64,000 nucleotides of DNA, taken from assembly GCA_044226285.1 (NCBI GenBank), contig JBGAHI010000009.1:69014-133013 (forward strand), read 5' to 3'. This DNA is from Chitinophagales bacterium (GTDB lineage Bacteria; Bacteroidota; Bacteroidia; Chitinophagales; LD1). The position numbers were made by a program, and so were the translations under genes. Shown here piece by piece: positions 34,401-43,299 of the stretch. The notes below the pieces were generated by a model. That model was not told where the DNA came from, did not search any database, and worked only from the letters and a program-made list of their open reading frames with translations. How positions within the stretch are numbered: position 1 is the stretch's first letter; every line of letters begins with the position of its first letter.

Positions 34401-37059
34401 GCAATACCCCTCCCGGATTCCAGTTGTAGGAAACAACCCCAGTTGCATTCACAAAGTTAGCGGTGGTAGTAGCAGTAGCTCCCCCGAAGCAAACGTTGTT
34501 GGTGCTGGTTAAAGTTAAGCTTTGTACAGCAGGTTCAGTAACAGTTTCAGATACCGCCACCGAGCACGATTTATTGTCTACGATATTTCCAGCATAAGTA
34601 CCTGCAGCGAGCGAAGGAATGGTAGTCGTCCCAGCCGGAATCGGATTGCCCAGATAAGTATAAGGCGGAGTACCACCTGAGATGGTAATAGTTACTGTAC
34701 CATCCGACCCACCATGACATTTTACATCGGTGTGGGATGTGGTAACAGAGAGGGCAGAATCAGGTTCATTTATTGTATCTCCGGCCAGCACAGTACAATT
34801 ATACAAATCGGTGATAGTACAATTGTAATTACCTGCAACTAATCCGGAAACATTTTGCGAAGTAGCTCCTGTATTCCAATTATAAGCATAGCCAGGTGTT
34901 CCACCGCTCATTGTAAGTGTAAATGCACCTGTGTTTGCCCCAAAACAATTTATATCAGTATTTACTAAATTAGGAACAAGAGGTGCCGCAGGGCCTCCAA
35001 TAGTGGCGGTAGTGGTACTGGTACAATTATTTTTATCGGTAACAGTGATGATGTATGAACCGGAAATCAGATTTGTTGTAACAGAATCTATATCAAAATT
35101 ACTCCATGCATAAACGTAAGGAGGATTACCACCGGAGACATGTGCTGTGGCTTTTCCTTTGCCGGAATGATAACAACTATCAATATTGGACTCAAGTGTA
35201 ATGGCTAAAGGGGGAATTGTAGCAATGGTACTGGATGCTGATGCAGTACAGCCAATATTATCGGTAACCGTTACGGCAATTGGACCTGTGGCCAAATTAT
35301 TGGCTGATGGGGCATTGGGCTGACCACCGCTCCATGTATAATTATAAGGCGAAGTACCTCCTGATGGAACGGAAGCGAAGGCAGATCCGTTTGTAAGACC
35401 GGAACATGAAATGCCAACTGTGGATAGCGTTGCCACCATCGCTGCACCGGGTTGAGTTATCGTAATCGATCCGGAAAATGCATGTAAGGCATTTCCATCG
35501 GTGTAATTGTAAGTATATGTGCCTGCAGCTAAACCTGAAATTGAAGCCCCTGTCATACCGTTACTCCAAGAAATATTAACAGGTGCAGTACTGCCGGTAA
35601 CCGTTAGTGTAGCTGTTCCATTTGAGCCTCCAAAACAGGTTACATTTGTTGTGGCAACACTTGAAGTAATACCACAAGGTAATGAACCAATAGTTGCACT
35701 ATACTGAAGAAGCGAAGAACATCCGTTTGCATCGTGAAAATCGGCAATGAAAGTACCTGGAGATAGACCGGTAACAGAAGCTCCAGGATGTCCGGGTCCC
35801 CAATTAATTCCTGAATATGGAGGTGTACCCCCTGTGATGGCTATAGAAGCCGTTCCATTGTTAATACCGCAGTTGGCGTCTGTTTTAGAAACCGTTGCCG
35901 TAATTGCAGTTGGTTGGTTTAACGTATATTGAGCTGTCGAATAACAAATTCCGTCTGTTACCGATACTGAATAGGTACCTGCTGTAAGCCCAACACTAGA
36001 AGAGCCACTAGAACCACTATTCCAAGTATAGGCAAAAGGTCCAAACCCCCCTGAGGGAACTAAACTTATATTTCCAGTAGCTCCACCGTTACAAAGCGGA
36101 TTAACCAAGGTTGGGGTTAATGAAATTTGATTTCTCACTTCTACAGCATGAGTAGCTGTTGCCGAACAGTTATTATTGTCAAGTACTGTGACAGTAGCGT
36201 TAAAAATGCCAGCTGTGGTATAGGTATGAGGAATGTTTACCGTAGAAGATGTAGGGTTGGTAACAACAACATTTGGAGAACCATCGCCAAAATTCCAAGT
36301 AATACTTTGATATTGAGCAAGTGAACCGGTGAAACAAGGGGGCGTAAACTGAAATGTTGTAGGTTGTCCTAAACAAACTTTGTTGGTGCTTAATGTAAAA
36401 TCTACGTATAAATCGTATTGGAAATTGGAATAGTAACAATCTCTTTGAGAAAGGTTGTAGAACCCAAATCGACCAGGTTTAAAGCAATCTTGTACGTCAA
36501 ATTTTAAAACGCCATCAATGTATATTTGTGCTCTGGTATAGGTAAGTTTTAATTGGAAGGAATGATTGTTATTCCAACTCCAACCGCTACTTCCGAAATT
36601 ATTTTGAACTACAGTGAACTCTGGGGAGTTTTGGTGATTCCAAAATTGGGGTGTATATGTGGCTGGTGGGAGCACTCCTAAAAGGCGGTTTAACGACATT
36701 CCACTTGGTGCAGCATTCTGTTGTTCTTGCTTCCAATCGTACAGCCAGCAATCAAAACTATCTGTTGCTCCCAGAGGATTAAGGAAACTGAATACGAATC
36801 CCATGTAATCATCATCTGTATCTGTACTTTTGAAGTTGCCCCTAATGTCAACATTCATCAAGTCGTAGGGGGTAAAATAAAATGATGGATCACCATTAAC
36901 TGTTTGATGGACTTGAGATCCTCCGCCTTGTACAACCCAGTTCCCATTTCCCGGTTGCCCACCTTTTACCCATGTATTAAAGTCAACATTTGTTGAACAT
37001 TGGGCATAGCTAGCTAAAGACAAAAATGAATAGGCAATAGTGGATAATAGTTTTTTCAA
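31447..37059 (-). CDS. 1870-aa cell-surface adhesin: lectin-like N-terminal domain, PKD domain, about 18 SprB-type repeats, and a T9SS type B (gliding-motility-associated) C-terminal domain
   Basis: The start codon is TTG (37059..37057); there is no in-frame ATG before the upstream TGA. The signal peptide is MKKLLSTIAYSFLSLASYAQ. The PKD-like segment is ITWNFGDGSP...HTYTTAGIFNATVTV. Repeats follow the pattern CxGxxxGxxxxxxxGGTxPYxYxW. The C-terminus is YIPNAFTPNADNINDIF...FNRWGEKVYE...WDGRYKG...PGVYVY. Confidence 0.92.
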   Translation of the reverse strand: MKKLLSTIAYSFLSLASYAQCSTNVDFNTWVKGGQPGNGNWVVQGGGSQVHQTVNGDPSFYFTPYDLMNVDIRGNFKSTDTDDDYMGFVFSFLNPLGATDSFDCWLYDWKQEQQNAAPSGMSLNRLLGVLPPATYTPQFWNHQNSPEFTVVQNNFGSSGWSWNNNHSFQLKLTYTRAQIYIDGVLKFDVQDCFKPGRFGFYNLSQRDCYYSNFQYDLYVDFTLSTNKVCLGQPTTFQFTPPCFTGSLAQYQSITWNFGDGSPNVVVTNPTSSTVNIPHTYTTAGIFNATVTVLDNNNCSATATHAVEVRNQISLTPTLVNPLCNGGATGNISLVPSGGFGPFAYTWNSGSSGSSSVGLTAGTYSVSVTDGICYSTAQYTLNQPTAITATVSKTDANCGINNGTASIAITGGTPPYSGINWGPGHPGASVTGLSPGTFIADFHDANGCSSLLQYSATIGSLPCGITSSVATTNVTCFGGSNGTATLTVTGSTAPVNISWSNGMTGASISGLAAGTYTYNYTDGNALHAFSGSITITQPGAAMVATLSTVGISCSGLTNGSAFASVPSGGTSPYNYTWSGGQPNAPSANNLATGPIAVTVTDNIGCTASASSTIATIPPLAITLESNIDSCYHSGKGKATAHVSGGNPPYVYAWSNFDIDSVTTNLISGSYIITVTDKNNCTSTTTATIGGPAAPLVPNLVNTDINCFGANTGAFTLTMSGGTPGYAYNWNTGATSQNVSGLVAGNYNCTITDLYNCTVLAGDTINEPDSALSVTTSHTDVKCHGGSDGTVTITISGGTPPYTYLGNPIPAGTTTIPSLAAGTYAGNIVDNKSCSVAVSETVTEPAVQSLTLTSTNNVCFGGATATTTANFVNATGVVSYNWNPGGVLPPNRTGLTSGTYDVTATDANLCTVSGTTTITEPTAIVHPFTSSNIDCFGNSTGSITTNVSGGTPAYTYTWNPATASGAAPTGLASGTYYLTVSDNNSCSVYDTITLSQPAAALSVTTSHTDVKCHGGSDGTVTITISGGTPPYTYLGNPIPAGTTTIPSLAAGTYAGNIVDNKSCFVAVSETVTEPAVQSLSLTSTNNVCFGGATATATANFVNATGVVSYNWNPGGVLPPNRTGLTSGTYDVTATDANSCTLSGSTTITEPASPVMTVTAVDATCFGGNGSATANPSGAGPFTFAWSNSGVGQTITPVAGTYTVTATDLASCKQTATGTINQPTAVAISPSQTDVNCFGATTGSVVLSVSGGTAAGAYNYTWSPNVSTTSSASSLGAGSYAVTVTDDNSCSATVTVTLTQPASALSYTVSSLDKQCNGGVNDGRIVYTTSGGTAPYTFTWSANASSTIDSAINLDAGTYDVTITDAKGCSVTNSVTLTQPAQPLSVLSQTQTNVSCFGGNNGSATVVAQGGTIGYSYTWNPNVSSSATASGLSLGGYSVTITDSHGCSVNTTFAITEPAALTASAVAVATTCNAGSDGSVAVNAAGGTPASSGYVYTWNPNVSTTNAASGLIAGTYTITVSDSLACSVTASAIVTSPTAVGLAETHTNEPCFGDAKGTVQLSASGGTPAYTLELENGGVYSASPNGFFSGLLAGTYNIRVTDSKGCPTTSSVTITEPSAIAITATFDTVKCFGESNGAISALASGGASGYSFAFSNGVTNSTGSISGLPAANYTVTVTDVNGCSTATTLTVTQPDAVEITLSPVDSLVLNLGEGQIITASSNYSDAVFNWSPATGLGCTDCNSNEIQVYNSTAYVITASSAPHGKVCSTAVRLPVTVIPNYKLYIPNAFTPNADNINDIFEIFGNKDALKFLDIAVFNRWGEKVYESKDIFFQWDGRYKGVYLEPGVYVYTLNLTFLDNHSESNQNGSITILR
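33616..34068 (-). repeat. Intragenic long repeat, distal copy (two SprB repeats, 453 bp)
   Basis: It encodes ALSVTTSHTDVKCHGGSDGT...STTITEP, which is 145/151 aa identical to the copy at 34303..34755. Confidence 0.9.
34303..34755 (-). repeat. Intragenic long repeat, proximal copy
   Basis: Same alignment as 33616..34068. The period is 687 bp (229 codons), with one divergent SprB repeat between the copies. Confidence 0.9.
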
Positions 37060-37175
37060 AATAGGATAGTTTTTGTTATGAAATGAAATTCAACGAACTA
37101 CTGTAGCTAATATATAATAAAAATACTATAATATCATAGGCATTAGTATCAAAAAAGTAAAGTAACTGAAGTTGA

Positions 37176-38036
37176 TTACAGTCTCTTATGTTTCCATCTA
37201 TTATGACTCCAAAGCCAGTCGGAAGGTTGCTTCTTGATTGTTCGTTCGAGATATTTAGTGAATTGTTCAGTGATTTCATTATCCGGAAGCGCATTTGCAT
37301 CGTCACAGATTTCAAAGAGTTCAATCGTATACTTCCCTCTTTCTATTTGCGCCATTTCGATATAAACTACTGCGCAATTATGGGCTTTGGCGTACCTTTC
37401 ACCACCTGTAAAAAAACCGGTATCTTGATTCAGAAATTGCGTCCAATACGCTCGTTTGGGATTGGGCGATTGATCCCCAATAAAAAATACAGTGGATTGC
37501 TCTTTTAATGGTTCATTAAGGAAAGCACTGGCATGTTGCATCCCTATCAAAGTCATACCCATTCTGCCCCTAGTTCTTTGCACCATGCGGTTGAAATAAG
37601 GATTGCTGAGCATACTTACTACGCCAAATGTTTTACATTCAAGGATAATCGAAGCTTTGTATGCGCCATATTCCCATGCACCGATGTGCCCAAGCATTGC
37701 AACAATGCTTTTTTTCTCCGCTATCCATTTGTCGATGAGTTCAATGTTTTTCACTGTGGCGCGTTCATTTACCTCAGCTTCTGAAATCGAAATACACTTC
37801 AACGTTTCAACAATTCGATCGGCAAGATGGTTGTAGCTTTTTCGACAAATTTCCTTTTGCTCGGCATCGCTCTTTTCCGGAAATGAACGCTGGATATTCT
37901 GCAATACCAGCTTTTTACGATACTTTACAATATGGCAAAGTACATATGCTAAAACATCAGACAATTTGTATAACACTCTTGAAGGAAGATAGCTTAAGAG
38001 GTAAAGGATAGGCGCAATTAGGATATATGAAAGCAT
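37176..38036 (-). CDS. Lipid A biosynthesis (LpxL/HtrB-type) lysophospholipid acyltransferase-family protein
   Basis: The ATG at 38036 gives MLSYILIAPILYLL.... It has the catalytic HX4E-type motif GHIGAWEYG. The track start at 38051 is TTG. Confidence 0.8.
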   Translation of the reverse strand: MLSYILIAPILYLLSYLPSRVLYKLSDVLAYVLCHIVKYRKKLVLQNIQRSFPEKSDAEQKEICRKSYNHLADRIVETLKCISISEAEVNERATVKNIELIDKWIAEKKSIVAMLGHIGAWEYGAYKASIILECKTFGVVSMLSNPYFNRMVQRTRGRMGMTLIGMQHASAFLNEPLKEQSTVFFIGDQSPNPKRAYWTQFLNQDTGFFTGGERYAKAHNCAVVYIEMAQIERGKYTIELFEICDDANALPDNEITEQFTKYLERTIKKQPSDWLWSHNRWKHKRL

Positions 38037-38221
38037 AGCTCTAATAAACAAAAGATTTTAGATAATTGATACATTCCTTAGGCTAACAAAGTACAATTAT
38101 TAAAATCTTTCCACATATTCACTATTTCAATGAAATAATCGGGGTTTATTTTCTCAAAAACTTATTTTCGCAACTGCAATTTTGGATTAGACATTTTCAC
38201 TACCTAAATATACCGCAAAAC

Positions 38222-39421
38222 ATGAATAACCTTCTTTCTGAACGCATCAACTCCATGCAAGAATCAGCTACATTAAAAATGGCAAAAATTTCCCGAGAAC
38301 TTCGCAGTCAAGGGCATGATGTAATTGATTTAAGTATTGGAGAACCTGATTTTGATACACCACAACATATAAAAGATGCAGCCAAAAAAGCCATTGACGA
38401 AGGGTATACACACTATACCCCTGTTCCGGGATATCCTGAATTGCGTAAAGCTATAGCCGCTAAACTAAAACGCGATAATAATATTGACTATACTTTTGAT
38501 CAGATAGTTGTTTCAACAGGCGCTAAGCAGTCTATTGCCAATGTGGTGTTAAGCTTGGTGAATAAAGGAGAGGAAGTTTTATTGCCCGCTCCATATTGGG
38601 TGAGCTACTCCGCTATTGCTGATTTAGCCGAAGGAAAATCAATTGAAATCCCTACAACGATTGACACCAATTTCAAAATTACGGCTGCAGAATTAGAAAA
38701 GCACATTACTCCTAAAACCAAGTTGATTATTTTCTCATCTCCATGTAACCCAACAGGAGCCGTATATTCGTTTGACGAGATGAAAAGCCTAGCTGAAATG
38801 TTGGTGCGTCACCCGAATGTGTTTGTGATTTGCGATGAAATTTACGAATACATCAATTACACCGGCCAGCCGAATGTGAGTTTAGCTTCATTCCCTGAAG
38901 TCAAAAATCAAGTGATTACTGTTAACGGCTTTTCAAAAGGATTCGCTATGACCGGATGGCGTGTTGGTTACATTGCTGCACCACTTTGGATTGCTCAGGC
39001 TTGTGATAAAATGCAAGGTCAAATTACCAGCGGAACTTGTTCCATTGCGCAGAAAGCTGCAGAAACAGCAGTTTCTACTGACCTCACACCAACGTATGAT
39101 ATGGTGAAGGAATTCAGAAAGCGAAGAGATATGGTCTATGAATTACTAACGGCTATTCCTAATTTAAAGGTGAATTTGCCGGAAGGGGCGTTCTACTTTT
39201 TCTTTGACGTAAGCGCTTATTTCGGGAAATCGTATAATGGCCAAACCGTGAATAATCCGGAAGATATGAGTGCATACCTATTGAACGAAGCTAAGATTGG
39301 TTTAGTGAATGGCGAAGCCTTTGGCGATAGCAGTTGTATTCGATTATCTTATGCAGCTTCAGAAGAAAAGTTGCGCGAAGTATGTAAACGATTGAAAGAC
39401 GCATTAGCAAAATTGAGCTAA
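38222..39421 (+). CDS. Aspartate/aromatic aminotransferase (PLP-dependent, class I)
   Basis: 399 aa with the PLP-lysine motif NGFSKGFAMTGWRVGY and the N-terminus ...ATLKMAKISRELRSQGHDVIDLSIGEPDFDTP. Confidence 0.9.
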   Translation: MNNLLSERINSMQESATLKMAKISRELRSQGHDVIDLSIGEPDFDTPQHIKDAAKKAIDEGYTHYTPVPGYPELRKAIAAKLKRDNNIDYTFDQIVVSTGAKQSIANVVLSLVNKGEEVLLPAPYWVSYSAIADLAEGKSIEIPTTIDTNFKITAAELEKHITPKTKLIIFSSPCNPTGAVYSFDEMKSLAEMLVRHPNVFVICDEIYEYINYTGQPNVSLASFPEVKNQVITVNGFSKGFAMTGWRVGYIAAPLWIAQACDKMQGQITSGTCSIAQKAAETAVSTDLTPTYDMVKEFRKRRDMVYELLTAIPNLKVNLPEGAFYFFFDVSAYFGKSYNGQTVNNPEDMSAYLLNEAKIGLVNGEAFGDSSCIRLSYAASEEKLREVCKRLKDALAKLS

Positions 39422-39459
39422 ATTTTTTTACCATAAGTAAATACAAATCCAATACTGAA

Positions 39460-40416
39460 ATGGCTGAAACCCTTGATTTTTCTGCAATAAAAATTTTGCT
39501 CATCGGAGATGTAATGATTGATCATTACTTGTACGGCCAAATCAACAGAATTTCTGCAGAAGCACCTGTGCCTATTGTTGATATTGAAGACGAAGAGTAT
39601 CGCTTAGGTGGTGCTGCTAATGTGGCGCTGAATCTTTTAGGCTTAGGTGCGAAAACTACATTGCTTACTATGTTGGGTGATGATGAGGTTGGACGAAAAG
39701 CACTTCATTTGATGAAGGAAAATAATTTAAAGACAAATCATGTGCTCACTTCAAAGTTGCGCACAACATCGCTTAAAACCCGTATTTTCGATGATGATCG
39801 TCAAGTAGTGCGTTTTGATCGAGAAGATGATGCTGATTTATCGAAGGAACAAGAGGAAATGCTTTTAGAGGAATTGAATGCTTTATTGAAGAAAGAAAAA
39901 TTCAATGCCATCATTCTTCAAGATTACAACAAAGGGGTTTTGACAAAAAAAATAATTAAGCAAATTCTGTTGATCACGGCTAAGTTGAATATACCGGTAG
40001 TAGTAGATCCTAAGGAATATAATTTCTTTGAGTATCAACAAATCGATTTGTTTAAACCGAACTTGAAAGAACTATCGGATGCTTTGAAAATTAAGATAGA
40101 CCCTAAAAATATTAATAGCCTTAGAAAAGCTGCAGAAGAATTAAAGAAGAAAAATAGATTCGATAATTTGATGCTTACGCTTGGCCCCAACGGTATTTTT
40201 ATTTACGAACAAAATGGCGATTCGTACATTGTTCCATCCCGCGTAATTAAAACGGCTGATGTTTCCGGAGCAGGGGACACCGTTGTTAGTATTGCAGCAT
40301 TGGGTTTGGCACAGAAGTTGCCTTTGATGAAAGTCGCTAAACTTGCCAATATTGCGGCAGGTAAAGTGTGTAAAAAAGTTGGAGTATGTCCCATAACGCT
40401 AAAAGATTTAAAATAA
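39460..40416 (+). CDS. D-glycero-beta-D-manno-heptose-7-phosphate kinase (RfaE/HldE domain I, PfkB family)
   Basis: 318 aa. It has KILLIGDVMIDHYLYGQINRISAEAPVPIV and the PfkB C-terminal motif DVSGAGDTV. There is no adenylyltransferase domain. Confidence 0.85.
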   Translation: MAETLDFSAIKILLIGDVMIDHYLYGQINRISAEAPVPIVDIEDEEYRLGGAANVALNLLGLGAKTTLLTMLGDDEVGRKALHLMKENNLKTNHVLTSKLRTTSLKTRIFDDDRQVVRFDREDDADLSKEQEEMLLEELNALLKKEKFNAIILQDYNKGVLTKKIIKQILLITAKLNIPVVVDPKEYNFFEYQQIDLFKPNLKELSDALKIKIDPKNINSLRKAAEELKKKNRFDNLMLTLGPNGIFIYEQNGDSYIVPSRVIKTADVSGAGDTVVSIAALGLAQKLPLMKVAKLANIAAGKVCKKVGVCPITLKDLK

Positions 40417-42338
40417 AGCGGTTTCTATTTTTTGTTCTTCTGTTCTCTTTTTCCTATAACCTCGTAGCACAAAGTGAAGTTGATGAAAATGTATTGAAGT
40501 CTTATCTTCAATATAGCAAGTGTAATTTTGATAAAGGAGAAGTTATTGTATTATCGGATGAAAATGAACTTCGATTTAGTAATAATTTTGAACTCGAACT
40601 ACAACGAACTGTTTTTGTTAAGTTACTTAAACCTACTGCTTTCAATGAATCGTTGAGTGAAGTGCTCTTTTACCACGATAAAACCTTGAAATCAATTGAG
40701 CTGACTAAGGCTTTAATCTATTATCAAGATCCGCAGTTGTTGATTTCTTTTAAAGACATAAGTCAGAAGTTGCAGACTAATGTGAAAGTAAATTTCGAAA
40801 AGGGCCAAGTGCTTCAGATCAGTTACACAGCTAAGTCTTTTTATACGCGTAAGATGCCGGTGGTGCGTGTTCAGCATGCTGTGCCTATGGAGAAGTTCAG
40901 TTATCATTTTTCGTATCCCGAATTAGTGAGCCTTGATTTTCAAATGCCGGATGCATTAACCGCAGATGTGAATAGCCAATTAGCAAGTAAGGGAAACTTT
41001 AGAGTGAATGGTGTCGAACAAAGTATTGCATTTACCGAAAAGCAAATTACGTATACACAAATACCATCACTCCGCCAGCAAACATTTACACCAAGCCTGT
41101 TTGATGATGCGCCTAAAATAGTATTTCATATTACAGGTTTGAAACGTTTTCCAACGCAGGATAAAGCCGAGAAAATACAAGGTGATTATGGTCAGTCTGT
41201 TGTAGAGCAAGTGCTTAAACGCAAAGATGTAATGCCTAGACTTTTAACGCGGTTCGATGTGCCTAAAGCCTATGACTACCGCATTAATGCTATTCCAACA
41301 CAAGAAGAAAAGTTGGGTCGAATCTTCGATTTAGTGCGCAGAAATTTTCGTTGGAACAAGGTGGATTCGTTGTTTATCGATAGCAAAAAAACATTTGAAA
41401 GTTTATGGACTGAACGCAAATGCACCGGTAGCGAAATAAATCTAACATTAGTCAAAGTGTTGATGAATTATGGGTTTGAAGCTTATCCGATGATGGTTAG
41501 TACGAGAAGTCACGGTCGAGTAAATCAAGAATTTTCAGAGATAGAGGATTTTAATCGAATGATTGCTGTTGTTTATTTTCACGATAAAGTAATTCCACTC
41601 GATGCAACACAAACCTTTGGTGATTATCCAATACTTTCATCTGATGTCCTAAATACTTGGGGATTATCGGTGGCAATGAGTCCGGAACGTTGGCTGTTTT
41701 TGGAAGATACCACGAATCAGTATCGCAACGCTACGCTTTTGTTAGGAACTTTACTTAATGATGCTGTATTCCGAACAAATGTATATGTAAATAGTTTCAG
41801 TTACTCCAAAGCTTTGCGTGTGGCTGCATTGGAGAAGGATAGTGTGAAAAACTTCATTAAGAATACATTCCGTTCGCCTTATTCCGTTAAACATTTTATT
41901 GCGGTTAACGAGTATGTCGATTCTTTACCTTTGGCGCAAGAATTCGATGTGGAGATTCCGGTAACCAAAGACAACGATTTACGCGAAGTAAACGTGAACT
42001 TCCTGCAGTTTCCTGATACATTAAAAATGATAGAAGAAAATAGAACTACACCGCTTGATTTTGGTTATCTGCAAAACTACGAGTTGAAAGGGGAGTTCTC
42101 ATTTCCGCAGGAATACCAGATTTATCTTTTGCCTGCACAAACGAGTTTGTCTATTTTAAATGGGGATGTCAGCTACTCTCGAAATTACCACGGCACCTCA
42201 CAGTCGTTTTCCTATGTATCGAATTTGGTGTTTAAGAAGTCGTTCTTTACCGCAGCAGAATCTAAAGAAATTGCAGCTTTCATGAAGAAAATTGCCAATT
42301 ATCAAGTGCAGAACGTAATTGTTCGGAAAGTCAATTAA
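40386..42338 (+). CDS. Secreted protein of unknown function, possibly of the DUF3857/transglutaminase-like/DUF3858 architecture
   Basis: 650 aa with a signal peptide. The central segment CTGSEINLTLVKVLMNYGFEAYPMMVSTRSHG resembles the transglutaminase-like core of that Bacteroidota family. It overlaps the preceding gene by 31 nt. Confidence 0.6.
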   Translation: MSHNAKRFKIKRFLFFVLLFSFSYNLVAQSEVDENVLKSYLQYSKCNFDKGEVIVLSDENELRFSNNFELELQRTVFVKLLKPTAFNESLSEVLFYHDKTLKSIELTKALIYYQDPQLLISFKDISQKLQTNVKVNFEKGQVLQISYTAKSFYTRKMPVVRVQHAVPMEKFSYHFSYPELVSLDFQMPDALTADVNSQLASKGNFRVNGVEQSIAFTEKQITYTQIPSLRQQTFTPSLFDDAPKIVFHITGLKRFPTQDKAEKIQGDYGQSVVEQVLKRKDVMPRLLTRFDVPKAYDYRINAIPTQEEKLGRIFDLVRRNFRWNKVDSLFIDSKKTFESLWTERKCTGSEINLTLVKVLMNYGFEAYPMMVSTRSHGRVNQEFSEIEDFNRMIAVVYFHDKVIPLDATQTFGDYPILSSDVLNTWGLSVAMSPERWLFLEDTTNQYRNATLLLGTLLNDAVFRTNVYVNSFSYSKALRVAALEKDSVKNFIKNTFRSPYSVKHFIAVNEYVDSLPLAQEFDVEIPVTKDNDLREVNVNFLQFPDTLKMIEENRTTPLDFGYLQNYELKGEFSFPQEYQIYLLPAQTSLSILNGDVSYSRNYHGTSQSFSYVSNLVFKKSFFTAAESKEIAAFMKKIANYQVQNVIVRKVN

Positions 42339-42354
42339 AAGCAATCTTAATCGC

Positions 42355-43299
42355 TTATTCCATTAAACCTCGTCCTTGTTTTTTGATAAGGTCTTGTGCA
42401 ATGAGTTGGAATTTCACTTTATCCAAAATTCCGTTTACAAAGTCCTTACTCTTAGGCGTACTGTATATTTTGGAAATATCGATGTATTCGTTAATACTTA
42501 CTTTAACCGGCACATTGGGCAAATAAAGCAATTCGCAAATGGCCATTTTCATCAGCACCATGTCTAAAACAGCTATACGATCCATATCCCAATTCTTCAA
42601 ATTAGGTTCGATGATTTTTTGTAATTCAGCATCGTGTTTGTAATACAATTTCAGCAATTCACGTGCAAAACGTTGCTCTTCTTGCCAAGTACGAATCGAT
42701 TGTATAAACACCGAAATGTCCATGTCTTCTTTCAATCCGTCAATATACTTTTGCAACAGGTGAAGTAGTAAAAAAGCATCGTCATCATGATTATTGAACT
42801 TCTCTTCCAAAATGCCTTCTAAGTTTTCGTTATCGGAAAAAACTTTCTTCAGCATATAAATCAGAATGTCGTTAAACTGTTTTTGAGTAGGCTGTTCAAT
42901 GGCGCAGAACTCTTTGTATTTAGGTTTGTCGCGCAAAACCATGAAGAGAGAACGCACCACTTCCTTATCGATATACGAGTGGATTTTTTCTGAACTCATT
43001 AGTGTTCTCCATTCGTTAGATTCATTCAATTTAATGAAAAGAGGATGGGCCGCCAAATTAGTATTGGCTTTCTTATCCTCGTCTGTTTGAATGTACTTCG
43101 CCATTTTAAGGGCGGTATCCACTAAGCTATACTGACAAACCTCGTTCAAATAGGCAATATACAGTAAGTACATGGTTACTGTTTTGTCCATATTACGAAT
43201 CAACTGCAATTCCAATGAAGATAGTTCACTTTCCTTGTTCAACTCATAACCATACAATACCTGCATGGTTTTCACCCTCAAACTTCTTCTCCCTAACAT
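42355..43299 (-). CDS. nusB: Transcription antitermination factor NusB (long Bacteroidota form)
   Basis: 314 aa. The N-terminus is RRSLRVKTMQVLYGYEL and the C-terminal NusB core is ...DRIAVLDMVLMKMAICELLY...VSINEYIDISKIYSTPKSKDFVNGILD. Confidence 0.88.
   Translation of the reverse strand: MLGRRSLRVKTMQVLYGYELNKESELSSLELQLIRNMDKTVTMYLLYIAYLNEVCQYSLVDTALKMAKYIQTDEDKKANTNLAAHPLFIKLNESNEWRTLMSSEKIHSYIDKEVVRSLFMVLRDKPKYKEFCAIEQPTQKQFNDILIYMLKKVFSDNENLEGILEEKFNNHDDDAFLLLHLLQKYIDGLKEDMDISVFIQSIRTWQEEQRFARELLKLYYKHDAELQKIIEPNLKNWDMDRIAVLDMVLMKMAICELLYLPNVPVKVSINEYIDISKIYSTPKSKDFVNGILDKVKFQLIAQDLIKKQGRGLME

Noticed and set aside
31461-36439. Numerous 60-130-aa ORFs on both strands inside the adhesin gene (for example 31474..31863, 33485..33682, 34288..34512)
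   Set aside because: They are embedded in a 5.6-kb ORF with clear domain architecture. Gly/Thr/Ser/Ala-rich repetitive coding DNA is stop-poor in alternative frames. The same reasoning applies to antisense ORFs within ftsK (49056..49613, 49752..50105), sucB (55204..55569) and sucA.
31447-37059. Periodic repeats that might be mistaken for a CRISPR array or satellite
   Set aside because: The periodicity (about 230 bp) corresponds to SprB protein repeats in one continuous reading frame. There is no short-repeat/spacer organisation and there are no cas genes.
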